A DNA stretch of 64,000 nt from an uncultured Thermoleophilia bacterium. Lineage in GTDB: Bacteria > Actinomycetota > Thermoleophilia > UBA2241. Position numbers and translations under genes: made by a program. A model generated the notes under the pieces. That model made no database searches and was not told the DNA's origin. It worked only from the letters and a program-made list of their open reading frames with translations. Each line of letters begins with the position of its first letter. The stretch's first letter is position 1. Of this stretch, positions 47,700-61,407 are shown in pieces. The stretch lies in the NCBI GenBank assembly GCA_963702475.1, contig CAVPCT010000004.1:192001-256000 (forward strand), in the 5' to 3' direction.

Positions 47700-48557
47700 A
47701 TGGAGTCGTTCCTCGACAGGTTGCTGGCCGACCACGAGGCAGCCCGCCGGCAGCCCCGCGACGACCCCGGGACACGAGCCTCCGCCACCCTTGAGGAAGA
47801 GCCCGAGCCCCGCCCCGAACGCCCCGGGTCCCGGGTTCCCGAGGCGCCATTCGGGTCTGCCGCACCGCGCATCGCTATCTACGACACCCTCACGTCACCC
47901 CCGCGCGTCGTCAGCGTGGAAGAGGGGGATGTACCTGCTCTCATCGCCTCGTTGGCCGAGAAGACCTACCACTTCTGCCGTCAGCAGGGCGGACAGGTGC
48001 CGTACTCCGTGATCAACGAGCTCGTGGAGAATCTGCTGCACGCCTGCTTCCGGGATGTCGTCATCACGATCCTGGATGACGGCCAGACCATCCGCATCTC
48101 CGACCACGGCCCGGGCGTGGACGACAAAGAGCGCGCCTTTCTGCCGGGCTTCACGACCGCGACCGCCGAGCAGCGGCTCATCATCCGTGGTGTGGGCTCC
48201 GGCCTGCCTCTGGCGCGTGACTCGCTGCAGCTCCTGCGGGGGGTGCTCACCGTGGAGGACAACCTCGGCGGCGGTGCCGTGTTCACCATCAAGATGCCCG
48301 GTGCCGAGCCACCGGCGCCGGTGCCTGCGACCGCCCCGGCGGTGAAGGTCACCAACCGCCAGACCAAGGTCCTCGTGCTCCTCATGGAGCTCGGAGAGGC
48401 CGGCCCCACGGCGATCTCCAGGGAGTTGAACATGTCCTCGGCGACCGCGTTTCGCGAGTTCGTTGAACTGGAGAAGATCGGGTTGATACACTCGCGCGGC
48501 GAGGGCAAAAGGGCCTTGACCGAGGCGGGCGTCACCCTCCTCGAGAGCATCCTCTGA
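47700..48557 (+). CDS. GHKL (HATPase_c) domain + C-terminal winged-HTH protein
   Basis: N box ELVENLLHA, G1 DHGPG, F box FLPGFTT, G2 GVGSGL; linker; wHTH GPTAISRELNMSSATAFREFVELEKIGLI...RALTEAG. Confidence 0.85.
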   Translation: MESFLDRLLADHEAARRQPRDDPGTRASATLEEEPEPRPERPGSRVPEAPFGSAAPRIAIYDTLTSPPRVVSVEEGDVPALIASLAEKTYHFCRQQGGQVPYSVINELVENLLHACFRDVVITILDDGQTIRISDHGPGVDDKERAFLPGFTTATAEQRLIIRGVGSGLPLARDSLQLLRGVLTVEDNLGGGAVFTIKMPGAEPPAPVPATAPAVKVTNRQTKVLVLLMELGEAGPTAISRELNMSSATAFREFVELEKIGLIHSRGEGKRALTEAGVTLLESIL

Positions 48558-48617
48558 CCGACGACTCAACGCACCCGGGCGTGCCGCCGCATCCCGGAGT
48601 AGGGGGACGGGGCGCAA

Positions 48618-50057
48618 ACGGACGACCAGCTCACACTCATCTGGGACGAGGCGAAGAAGCTCCTCGCCGCGCGCATGCCCGAAGCCGCGTACCGCCTGTG
48701 GGTGGAGCGCATGCTGCCGCTCGGCTTCGACGACGGCAAGTTCGTCATCGCTGTGCCCAACGACTTCACCCGGGAGTGGATCGCCGACCGGCTGCTCCAT
48801 CCCATCACTGAATCGCTGGCCGCGGTGCTCGGCGACACCGTCGACGTCCGCGTGGTCGTCGACGCTCGCGCCGAGCTGGCCAAGGTGAGTGAAGAGGCGG
48901 CGGAGGGTCCGTCGGTGGGCGGCGGCGACAGTCCGGAGCCGGAAGAGGCCGCTCTCGCGCGCCCATCCCGGCCGCGCGGACGCAGGCGCGGGCTCAAGGA
49001 GGGCCGGCCCCGGGTCCTGGGCGACCTCAACCCGCGCTATGTCTTTGACCGCTTCGTCGTGGGGCCGGCCAACCAGTACGCAGCCGCCGTGGCGCAGAGC
49101 GTGGCCGAGGCGCCGGCCACGGCGTACAACCCCGTGTTCATCTACGCCGACACAGGTCTCGGCAAGACACATCTCATCCAGGCCATCGGCCACGCGGCCA
49201 TCGAGGCCCATCCCGACCTCACCATCCGCTACGTCACCGTGGAGCGGTTCACCGACGATTTCATCAATGCGGTGACCGACAAGGCCCGCATCGAAGGCTT
49301 CAAACAGACGTACCGCGAGAACGACGTGCTGCTCATCGACGACGTGCAGTTCCTGGCCGAGAAACAGCAGACCCAGGTGGAGTTCTTCCACACGTTCAAC
49401 GCGCTGTACGAGGCCGGCAAGCAGATCGTCATCACCAGCGACCGGCAACCGCGCGAGCTGGAGGCGCTCGAGGAGCGCCTGCGCTCGCGCTTCGGCCAAG
49501 GCGTCGTCGTCGACATCGGGCGTCCGGACCTCGAGACGCGCATCGCCATCCTCCGCACCCAGGTGAAGCGGGAGGGGTTCAAGATCGCCGAGCCCGAGGT
49601 GCTGGACTGGATCGCCTCGAAGGTGACCACCAACATCCGCGAGCTGCACGGGGCCCTCACGCGGGTGGTCAGCTACGCCTCGATCCACGGGCAGGACGTG
49701 ACCAGGGAGGTCGCGCGCGAGGCTCTCAAGGAGATCCTCCCCAAGGTGTACCAGCACCAGGTGACGGTGGAGATGGTGCAGGGCGAGGTCGCACGCCAGT
49801 TCGGCCTGCACGTGAACGACCTCCGTGGCAACCGCCGCACCCAGGACGTGGCGTACGCGCGGCACATCGCCATGTACCTCTCGCGCGACCTCACCGAGGC
49901 TTCCACGCCGGAGATCGGCCGGCGCTTCGGCGGCCGCGACCACAGCACGGTGCTGCACGGCGTGCGCAAGGTCGAGCGCCAACTCAAGGACGGCCACGAC
50001 CCACAGCTGCAGGATCTCGTCGAGCTCATCTCGGCTCGCCTCAAGTCGCCTCGCTGA
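48618..50057 (+). CDS. dnaA: Chromosomal replication initiator DnaA (probable ACG start)
   Basis: YNPVFIY, TGLGKTHL, LLIDDVQF, RLRSRF, NIRELHGAL, GGRDHSTV; the domain I helix DDQLTLIWDEAKKLL lies upstream of the first ATG (48675). Confidence 0.97.
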   Translation, partial: TDDQLTLIWDEAKKLLAARMPEAAYRLWVERMLPLGFDDGKFVIAVPNDFTREWIADRLLHPITESLAAVLGDTVDVRVVVDARAELAKVSEEAAEGPSVGGGDSPEPEEAALARPSRPRGRRRGLKEGRPRVLGDLNPRYVFDRFVVGPANQYAAAVAQSVAEAPATAYNPVFIYADTGLGKTHLIQAIGHAAIEAHPDLTIRYVTVERFTDDFINAVTDKARIEGFKQTYRENDVLLIDDVQFLAEKQQTQVEFFHTFNALYEAGKQIVITSDRQPRELEALEERLRSRFGQGVVVDIGRPDLETRIAILRTQVKREGFKIAEPEVLDWIASKVTTNIRELHGALTRVVSYASIHGQDVTREVAREALKEILPKVYQHQVTVEMVQGEVARQFGLHVNDLRGNRRTQDVAYARHIAMYLSRDLTEASTPEIGRRFGGRDHSTVLHGVRKVERQLKDGHDPQLQDLVELISARLKSPR

Positions 50058-50242
50058 GACCCGTGGGCGCGACCCGTGTTCGGCAGGCGGTCGTGGCAGT
50101 CGCCTTCTGACGACCCTCGCGCGGCGCTTGCACGCTCGTCCTGTGGGCTACCCGGGGACAACAGGTTGACGTTCTCCCGAAGGACGCCCAAATCGGGTAA
50201 GCTTCCTCCCGATAGGAGGGCCGCGGCCGGCGACGTGCGGCG

Positions 50243-50376
50243 TTCTGCACACCACGTCCACAGTTCTGTACGGAGCACCGCCGTTCGCGTCGAGCAGGGA
50301 GATCAGCACCTTTCCACATCGTCAACATGGGCTGTGACGATGGCGAGTGGAGAAGTATCTTCTCTTTATTGTCATA
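50243..50376. other. oriC part 2 (dnaA-dnaN intergenic): DnaA boxes and probable unwinding element
   Basis: TTCTGCACA 50243, ACGTCCACA 50254, tandem CTTTCCACA 50310 / TCGTCAACA 50319, then GGGC and an AT-rich AAGTATCTTCTCTTTATTGTCATA. Confidence 0.7.
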
Positions 50377-50386
50377 AGGAGTCGGG

Positions 50387-51499
50387 ATGAAGCTCACGTG
50401 TGACCGGTCGGCACTGGTCGACAAACTCGCCATCCTCTCCCGTGGCGTGTCCACGCGTCTCGTGCTGCCTGTGCTTTCGGGCATCCTGGTCCAAGCCTCC
50501 GAGGGGCGCATCGAACTCTTCTCCACCGACATGGAGATCTCGATCAAGGCCTCTCTCGGTGCCGAGATCGAGCAGGAGGGTGAGATCGTCGTTCCTGCTC
50601 GGCTCTTCAGCGACATCGTGCGCAACCTCCCAGGCGACGCGGTCACCCTTGAGGCCGGTGAGACCACCGTGAACATCTCCGGCGGTCACGCCCGCTTCAC
50701 GCTGAACGCCTGGTCGGCCAGCGACTTCCCGCAGACCTCCACCTTCGACATGACGGGCTCGTTCGTCGTCGGTCGCGAGCCGTTCGTCGAGACGCTGAGC
50801 AAGGTGGGCCGCGCCGCTTCGCGCGACGAGACGCGGCCCATCCTCACCGGCGTGCTCATGACCATCGCCGGCGACGAGCTACGCATGGTCGCCACCGACA
50901 GCTACCGGCTCGCCGTCAAGAAGACCCGGCTCGAGACCGCACTGCCGTCCGAGGTCGAGGCCATCGTCCCGGTCAAGGCATTGGGCGAGGTCGCGCGGCT
51001 CGCCGGTTCCATGGGAGAGGGGCAGCTCGAGGTCGCGATCGGCGAGAACCAGGCGCTCTTCAAAGTCGGCGACGACGCCAGCCAGGTGCTCATAGCCTCA
51101 CGCCTCGTGGAGGGACAGTTCCCAAGCTACCGTCAGCTCATCCCCGACTCGTTCGACCACGAGGTCACGCTCGCCAAGGACGACTTCGTGGCGGCGGCGC
51201 GGCGCGTCAGCTTGCTGGCGCAGAAGAACGCGCCCCTGCGCCTCACCTTCGCGGCACACAGCCTCACGATGAGGGCCCTCACGCAGGACGTCGGGCAGGC
51301 CGAAGAGTCGCTGGACATCGAGTTCGACGGCGAATCCTTCGAGATCGGTTTCAACCCTGCCTACCTCATCGAGGGCATCGATGCGTTGGACGACGCCTCC
51401 GTGACGCTGCAGTTCACGAACCCGCTCAGGCCCGGCCTCATCACCGACGCCGAGCGCACCTTCACGTACCTCATCATGCCGATCCGCCTGAGTAGCTGA
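50387..51499 (+). CDS. dnaN: DNA polymerase III beta sliding clamp
   Basis: LPVLSGIL, STDMEIS, RPILTGV, VATDSYRLA, EGQFPSY, GFNPAYL, YLIMPIRL. Confidence 0.97.
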   Translation: MKLTCDRSALVDKLAILSRGVSTRLVLPVLSGILVQASEGRIELFSTDMEISIKASLGAEIEQEGEIVVPARLFSDIVRNLPGDAVTLEAGETTVNISGGHARFTLNAWSASDFPQTSTFDMTGSFVVGREPFVETLSKVGRAASRDETRPILTGVLMTIAGDELRMVATDSYRLAVKKTRLETALPSEVEAIVPVKALGEVARLAGSMGEGQLEVAIGENQALFKVGDDASQVLIASRLVEGQFPSYRQLIPDSFDHEVTLAKDDFVAAARRVSLLAQKNAPLRLTFAAHSLTMRALTQDVGQAEESLDIEFDGESFEIGFNPAYLIEGIDALDDASVTLQFTNPLRPGLITDAERTFTYLIMPIRLSS

Positions 51500-51711
51500 A
51501 CGAAGTCACCGTCAGCGGCCCCCTGCCGCTGGGGGCGTTCCTCAAGGTGGCCGGGGCGGCGTCCACCGGCGGTCACGCGAAGTTGCTCGTCCAGGAGGGC
51601 CAGGTCACGGTGAACGGCGAGATCGAGACCCGCCGCGGACGAAGCCTCAGACCGGGCGATATCGTGGGCGTCGGCGGTGAGGAGTACCGCGTGTGTTCGT
51701 CTCCCGCCTGA
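51496..51711 (+). CDS. yaaA: S4-domain RNA-binding protein YaaA (missed by the ORF track; CTG start)
   Basis: Manual translation: (M)NEVTVSGPLPLGAFLKVAGAASTGGHAKLLVQEGQVTVNGEIETRRGRSLRPGDIVGVGGEEYRVCSSPA; canonical position between dnaN and recF. Confidence 0.9.
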   Translation: MNEVTVSGPLPLGAFLKVAGAASTGGHAKLLVQEGQVTVNGEIETRRGRSLRPGDIVGVGGEEYRVCSSPA

Positions 51712-52979
51712 GGCTCGTCAACTTCCGCTCCTACTGCGACGCCTCGGTGCGCTTCGGCGACGGGCTCAACGTCGTCGTCGGCCAGAACGCCACAGGCAAG
51801 ACCAACCTGCTCGAGGGCGCCTGGTTCGCGCTGCGTGGGGCCTCGCCACGCACGCGCCGTGAGGAGAAGCTCATCACCTGGGGTCAGCGGTACACGCGGG
51901 TCGAGCTCGAGCTCGAGGGGGTGGCGGCAGGCGTGCAGCGCGCCGACGTCGCCTACGCGATCGGCCAAGGGAAGCGCGCACGCTGGAACGGCGTGGATGT
52001 ACCCTCGCAAGAGGACCTGCGCTCCCGCAGTCAGGTGTTCATCTTCGTACCCGAGAGCCTGTTGCTGGTGAAGGGCAGCCCGGCGCGGCGACGCGCGCAC
52101 CTCGACGCCTTCGCCGCCGTGCTGGACCCGCAGTACTCGGCCGCCGCGCGCGACCTGCAGACCGCGCTGCGCCAGCGTAATGCGCAACTGCTGGCCATGA
52201 AGCACGGCGCAAGCGCCGCCGCCCTGGACCCGTGGGACGTGCAGTTCTCGCGGGCGGCCGTGGAGCTGGGGCGCCGACGCCGCGCCCTGGTCGACGAGCT
52301 TGGCGTGCTCTTCGCCGAGATCGCCGCCGCGCTGGCGCCGGCCGGCGGCGTGTTCGGCCTGCAGCTCGTCGCCCAGCTCGCGACAGTCGGGTACGACGAC
52401 GAGGCCCTGATTGACGAGCTGCGCGCGCGCCGGCCGGGCGAGACGAGTCGCGGCCTCTCGCTGTTCGGACCTCACCGCGATGATCTGCGCTTCGTCGAGC
52501 TCGCGGCTGCAGATGCGGAGGGCAGCGGCGCGGCGGCGGCCGATCCGGACGGCGCGGCGGCGGCGGGACCGTTGCAGGACGTCTGCGCCACCGGCCCTGT
52601 CTGCGGCCCCGTGCAGCTGCCGCGCGGAGGGCGCGATCTGCGGCTGTTCGGCTCGCAGGGCGAGCAGCGCGCCGCGGTGCTGGCGCTGCTCCTCGCGGAG
52701 CAGCGCCTGGCCGCGGCTCGTTCCGGCGTGCGCGGCACGCTCTTCCTGGACGACGTCATGAGCGAGCTCGACGACGCCCGGCGGCGGCTTCTGGTGGCCA
52801 TGCTGGCCGCCGCCGGTCAGGCCATCATCACCACCACCAACCGGCAGTATTTCACCGCGGAGGAGCTCGAGCGGGCGGCGGTCATCGAGCTGCCGCTCGA
52901 CGGTTCTGTGGTGCCGGGCGCCGTCACGCCGCCGGCCGATGGACCCGGCCCCGCCCCGCCGGACCCGGCGGCACAGTAG
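51693..52979 (+). CDS. recF: DNA replication/repair protein RecF
   Basis: NFRSY, GQNATGKTNLLE, GSPARRR, GPHRDDL, GSQGEQR, LDDVMSELD. Confidence 0.95.
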   Translation: MFVSRLRLVNFRSYCDASVRFGDGLNVVVGQNATGKTNLLEGAWFALRGASPRTRREEKLITWGQRYTRVELELEGVAAGVQRADVAYAIGQGKRARWNGVDVPSQEDLRSRSQVFIFVPESLLLVKGSPARRRAHLDAFAAVLDPQYSAAARDLQTALRQRNAQLLAMKHGASAAALDPWDVQFSRAAVELGRRRRALVDELGVLFAEIAAALAPAGGVFGLQLVAQLATVGYDDEALIDELRARRPGETSRGLSLFGPHRDDLRFVELAAADAEGSGAAAADPDGAAAAGPLQDVCATGPVCGPVQLPRGGRDLRLFGSQGEQRAAVLALLLAEQRLAAARSGVRGTLFLDDVMSELDDARRRLLVAMLAAAGQAIITTTNRQYFTAEELERAAVIELPLDGSVVPGAVTPPADGPGPAPPDPAAQ

Positions 52980-53153
52980 GAGCGACCGACCCGGGCCTCC
53001 CCCCGGCCACCTGGCGCTCTCCCGTCCGGCCCGTGTCTCCCCAGCACGCCGGCACCCGCGGCCGCGGCGAACACTGTGGCCGCCAGGGAGTCGGCTACAA
53101 TCGAAAGGTGGCGGCTACGAGATGCGCGGCCGCTGAGAGGGAGGGAGGTCGTC

Positions 53154-54167
53154 ATGGCGGCTCAGGTCTCGCGTGGTCGCGCGCGCTCCACACAGGTCAT
53201 CCTGGTGCTCGCTCTGCTCGCGGCGGCCGCGCTCACCGTCGTGGGCGTCGCGGCCGCGTCCGGCGGCACACGGCCTCTCGCGGACACGTCTGCGGGGGCT
53301 GCTGAGTCGCCGTCCGCCGCTGTGGCCGGCGCCGCGGGGCCGCCCGTCAACGTCATCCTCTTCGGCTGGGACGGCGCCCAGCGCGCCCACGTCAAGGAGT
53401 GCCTCTCAAGGGGCGAGCTCCCGACTCTCATGAGCATCGCGGACAAGGGTCGTCTCGTGGCCGTCGACGTCGTACGTACCACGGACACCAAGTCCGGGTG
53501 GGCACAGATCCTCACCGGCTACCAGCCCGAGAAGACGGGCGTCTTCAGCAACAGCCGGTACCAGCCCATCCCAGAGGGCTACACCATCTTCGAGCGCCTG
53601 GAGAAGTCGTACGGGGAGAAGTTCGTCACGGTGGCGGTCATCGCCAAGAAGGACCACGTGGGCAACGGCGAGGGCCTGCCCTACGCCAACGCGAGCGCAC
53701 ACATGGACCATTTCGACGGCGGCCTGCTGCAGAACGAGGTGGTGGCCGAACGAGCGATGCTCTACCTCGAGCGGTACAGGGACAGGCCGTTCTTCTTCTT
53801 CGTTCACTTCGCGCAGCCCGACACCTCTGGTCACGCCCAGGGCGAGAACTCGCAGGAGTACACGGACGGGCTCATCTCGGACGACTACTGGACGGGCCGG
53901 GTCCTCGCCAGGCTCAAGGCGCTGGGGCTCAGCGGCAAGACGGCGATCTACATCACGGCCGACCACGGATTCGACGAGGGGCTGAAGAGCCACAACGACG
54001 CGCCGTATGTGTTCCTCGCGACCACCGACAAGGCCGTTGAGCGGAGGGGGCTGCGCGAGGATATCGCGCCGACGATATACGACCGCCTCGGGATCAAGAG
54101 GAGTGCCGTCTCGCCCGAGCTGGACGGGCGTTCGTTGCGCAGCGCCTACAGAGCGCCGCTGTGGTGA
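53154..54167 (+). CDS. Exported alkaline-phosphatase-superfamily metalloenzyme
   Basis: N-terminal TM; VILFGWDG, TDTKSGWAQILTG, HFAQPDTSGH, ITADHG; own TACAAT -10. Confidence 0.8.
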   Translation: MAAQVSRGRARSTQVILVLALLAAAALTVVGVAAASGGTRPLADTSAGAAESPSAAVAGAAGPPVNVILFGWDGAQRAHVKECLSRGELPTLMSIADKGRLVAVDVVRTTDTKSGWAQILTGYQPEKTGVFSNSRYQPIPEGYTIFERLEKSYGEKFVTVAVIAKKDHVGNGEGLPYANASAHMDHFDGGLLQNEVVAERAMLYLERYRDRPFFFFVHFAQPDTSGHAQGENSQEYTDGLISDDYWTGRVLARLKALGLSGKTAIYITADHGFDEGLKSHNDAPYVFLATTDKAVERRGLREDIAPTIYDRLGIKRSAVSPELDGRSLRSAYRAPLW

Positions 54168-54694
54168 GCGGCGGGGCTCCGCGGGGCCGCGCCGGTCGGG
54201 CGAGCCGGTCGGGCGAGCCCCGTCGCGTCGGCGACATCCTGGCCCCGGCGCTGGGTCAGCTCGCCGGGTCTGCCCAGGCGCGCGCGTACGGCGCCTGGGC
54301 GCGCGCCGCAGGTGACCAGGTGTCCGGCGGCGCGCGTCCGCGCAACTTCGCGCGCGGTACCCTTACGGTGGAGTGCTCATCGTCCGTCTGGGCCAACGAG
54401 CTCACGTATCTGAGCGCCGAGATCCTGCGGCGCATGGACGCGGTGGCGCCCGGCCACCCCGTCACGAAGCTTCGCTTCCTGGTCGCTTCGGCCCCGGCCG
54501 TGCAGGAGCCTGAGGCCCCAGCGGCGAAGGATGAGCAGAGACACGCGAGGCCCGGGCCGCCGGACTACGGCGACGCCCGGGCGCAGGCGGAAGGGGTGCG
54601 CGATGAGCGGCTCCGGGCGGCCATCGAGGCCGTCCTCAGGCCTGCCGGGAAGGGGTCTGGTCGGACCCCCGATCGACCCCCCCGACGCAGTTGA
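54164..54694 (+). CDS. dciA: DciA/DUF721 family protein
   Basis: AWARAAGDQV...GTLTVECSSSVWANEL...ILRRM; located upstream of gyrB. Confidence 0.85.
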   Translation: MSGGAPRGRAGRASRSGEPRRVGDILAPALGQLAGSAQARAYGAWARAAGDQVSGGARPRNFARGTLTVECSSSVWANELTYLSAEILRRMDAVAPGHPVTKLRFLVASAPAVQEPEAPAAKDEQRHARPGPPDYGDARAQAEGVRDERLRAAIEAVLRPAGKGSGRTPDRPPRRS

Positions 54695-54830
54695 CAAAAA
54701 CACGGGATTTGCGGCGGTTTTTGTCGTATCTCAGGCTCGCCCCGAGGCTCACCGTCTGATATACTCACAAAGGCAGGACGAGCCTGCCTGCGCCCCTCCG
54801 CGTATCCCCCTCGGCACAGAGCGAGGTTGA

Positions 54831-59696
<4,866 letters not shown>

Positions 59697-59700
<4 letters not shown>

Positions 59701-59736
59701 CCGCTGGAGGCGGCGAAGCCGCCGGACGGGGGTCAA
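59697..59736. terminator. Hairpin after gyrA, between convergent genes
   Basis: GGCGGC-GAA-GCCGCC core flanked by TTGACC/GGTCAA. Confidence 0.4.
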
Positions 59737-59796
59737 CGTGCGGTGCGCCGTCGGGCACACCGCACGAGCCCGCGACGGCATCGGTGGAGGCGCGGG

Positions 59797-61362
59797 TCAT
59801 GGATGCCGTCGGCCGCCGCATACGAACGGCCGGCGGCCGAGGCGTTCAACGCCTCTCGACGCTACCTGCCGGCTGAGTCCATCCTGGGCTGACCTGCCCT
59901 TCTCGCCGTCGCAGTCGCCCCCGGCCGAGGGGCGGGCGAGCGGATGCGCCGCCCGACGTCCCCTCAGGGCTCGCGGCACGAAGTGCTCGCCGGCGACGAA
60001 GTCCTCGACGGTCCGCCGCTTGGCGATCTGCCGCAGGCCGGCCTCGGTGACCATGTAGGCGCCGGCCTGGTCGCGGCCGTTGTAGGCGCTCATGCACTCC
60101 AGCGAGTAGGCGCCCACGTCGAGGAACGCGATCACGTCGCCGGGCTCGCTGTCGACCGGGAGGTGGCGGAAGGCGGAGCCGGGGTCGCCGGTGTAGACGT
60201 CCCCTCCATCACAGAGCGGTCCGCCGAGTCTGAATGGTCGCACCGGTGGCTTGTTGCAGCGGTTGGCGACCACGGCGCGGAAGTACCAGTGGTAGCTGGA
60301 GTGCTCGAGGATGGTGTTGAAGCCGGCGTCCACCATGAGCCAGTCCTCACGCTGGATGCGGCCCGGGGCGGCCTCGATCATCTTGCTCTTCTCGGCTTCA
60401 ACGCGCGTGACGAGGATGGCCGTGTTGCCGGCGATGGCCCGGCCCGGCTCCAGGAAGAGCTGCGTGCCGGGCCGGGCCGCGTGAAAGGACTCTGCGATCG
60501 CCCGGCCGTAGCCCTCCAGGGTGTGTGGGGCCTCGAAGTAGGTGTCGGGTTCGTCGCCGCTGCGGTCGTAGTAGGGGATGGCCAGACCGCCGCCGATGTC
60601 GAGGTGCTCCAGGCGTAGCTCGTGGGCCCTTTCCACGCGATCGAGGAGCGCGAGGCCTCTCCCGAGGGCCTCGAGGAAGGGGGCTATGTGCGTGATCTGA
60701 GACCCGATGTGGTAGTGCATGCCGACGAGCTGCACGCCCGGCAGCCGGACCGCGAGGCCGAATGCCCCGATGGCCTCGTTCACGTCGATGCCGGCCTTGG
60801 CGCCGGCGCTGGTGCGCAGGCCCGGGTGGGTCTCCGTGGCGACGTTGAGGTCCACGCGGAGTGAGACCCGGGCCTGCACGCCCAGGTCGGCGGCCACATC
60901 GGCCACCATGCGAAGCTCGAAGACGGAGTCGACCACGATGGCCTCGATGGGCGGCTGTAGCGCGGCCGCGATCTCATCGCGAGTCTTGGCATTGCCGTTG
61001 AAGATGATCTGCCGCGACTCGAAGCCGGCGCGGCGAGCCTTCCACAGCTCACCGCCCGAGTTCACCTCCACGTCGATACCGGCGCGCCGCACACGGTCCA
61101 GGAACCAGAGGTTGGAGCAGGCCTTGCTGGCGTAGAAGACACGTGTGCCGGTGTGGTAGGGCCGGAAGGCGTCGCGGACGGCGTTCACGTTGCGGTCGAT
61201 CTGCGCCGCGCTGAAAAGGAAGAACGGCGTGGGGGTGGTGTCCGCCATCGAGGCCACGTCCAGCCCGTCGAAGCGCATGCGGCCGCGCTCGCAGGTGATG
61301 ACGTCCTTCATCGGGTCGGCGATGCGCGCGAACTCCACGTCGCACTGCGGGGCGTCGTCCAT
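59797..61362 (-). CDS. lysA: Diaminopimelate decarboxylase-like (group IV PLP decarboxylase)
   Basis: FYASKA (PLP Lys), NSGGEL, HIGSQ, DIGGG, EPGRAI, GPLC, DVGAY, YNGR; substrate not certain. Confidence 0.75.
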   Translation of the reverse strand: MDDAPQCDVEFARIADPMKDVITCERGRMRFDGLDVASMADTTPTPFFLFSAAQIDRNVNAVRDAFRPYHTGTRVFYASKACSNLWFLDRVRRAGIDVEVNSGGELWKARRAGFESRQIIFNGNAKTRDEIAAALQPPIEAIVVDSVFELRMVADVAADLGVQARVSLRVDLNVATETHPGLRTSAGAKAGIDVNEAIGAFGLAVRLPGVQLVGMHYHIGSQITHIAPFLEALGRGLALLDRVERAHELRLEHLDIGGGLAIPYYDRSGDEPDTYFEAPHTLEGYGRAIAESFHAARPGTQLFLEPGRAIAGNTAILVTRVEAEKSKMIEAAPGRIQREDWLMVDAGFNTILEHSSYHWYFRAVVANRCNKPPVRPFRLGGPLCDGGDVYTGDPGSAFRHLPVDSEPGDVIAFLDVGAYSLECMSAYNGRDQAGAYMVTEAGLRQIAKRRTVEDFVAGEHFVPRALRGRRAAHPLARPSAGGDCDGEKGRSAQDGLSRQVASRGVERLGRRPFVCGGRRHP

Positions 61363-61407
61363 AGGTGGCCTCTCCTCGCTCGTGGTGGGTCGCGGGGCGC
61401 GGCGTGC

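Noticed and set aside
59797-59970. C-terminal tail of the LysA-like protein as an extra domain
   Set aside because: Low-complexity, Arg/Gly-rich sequence; probably run-on past a lost stop.
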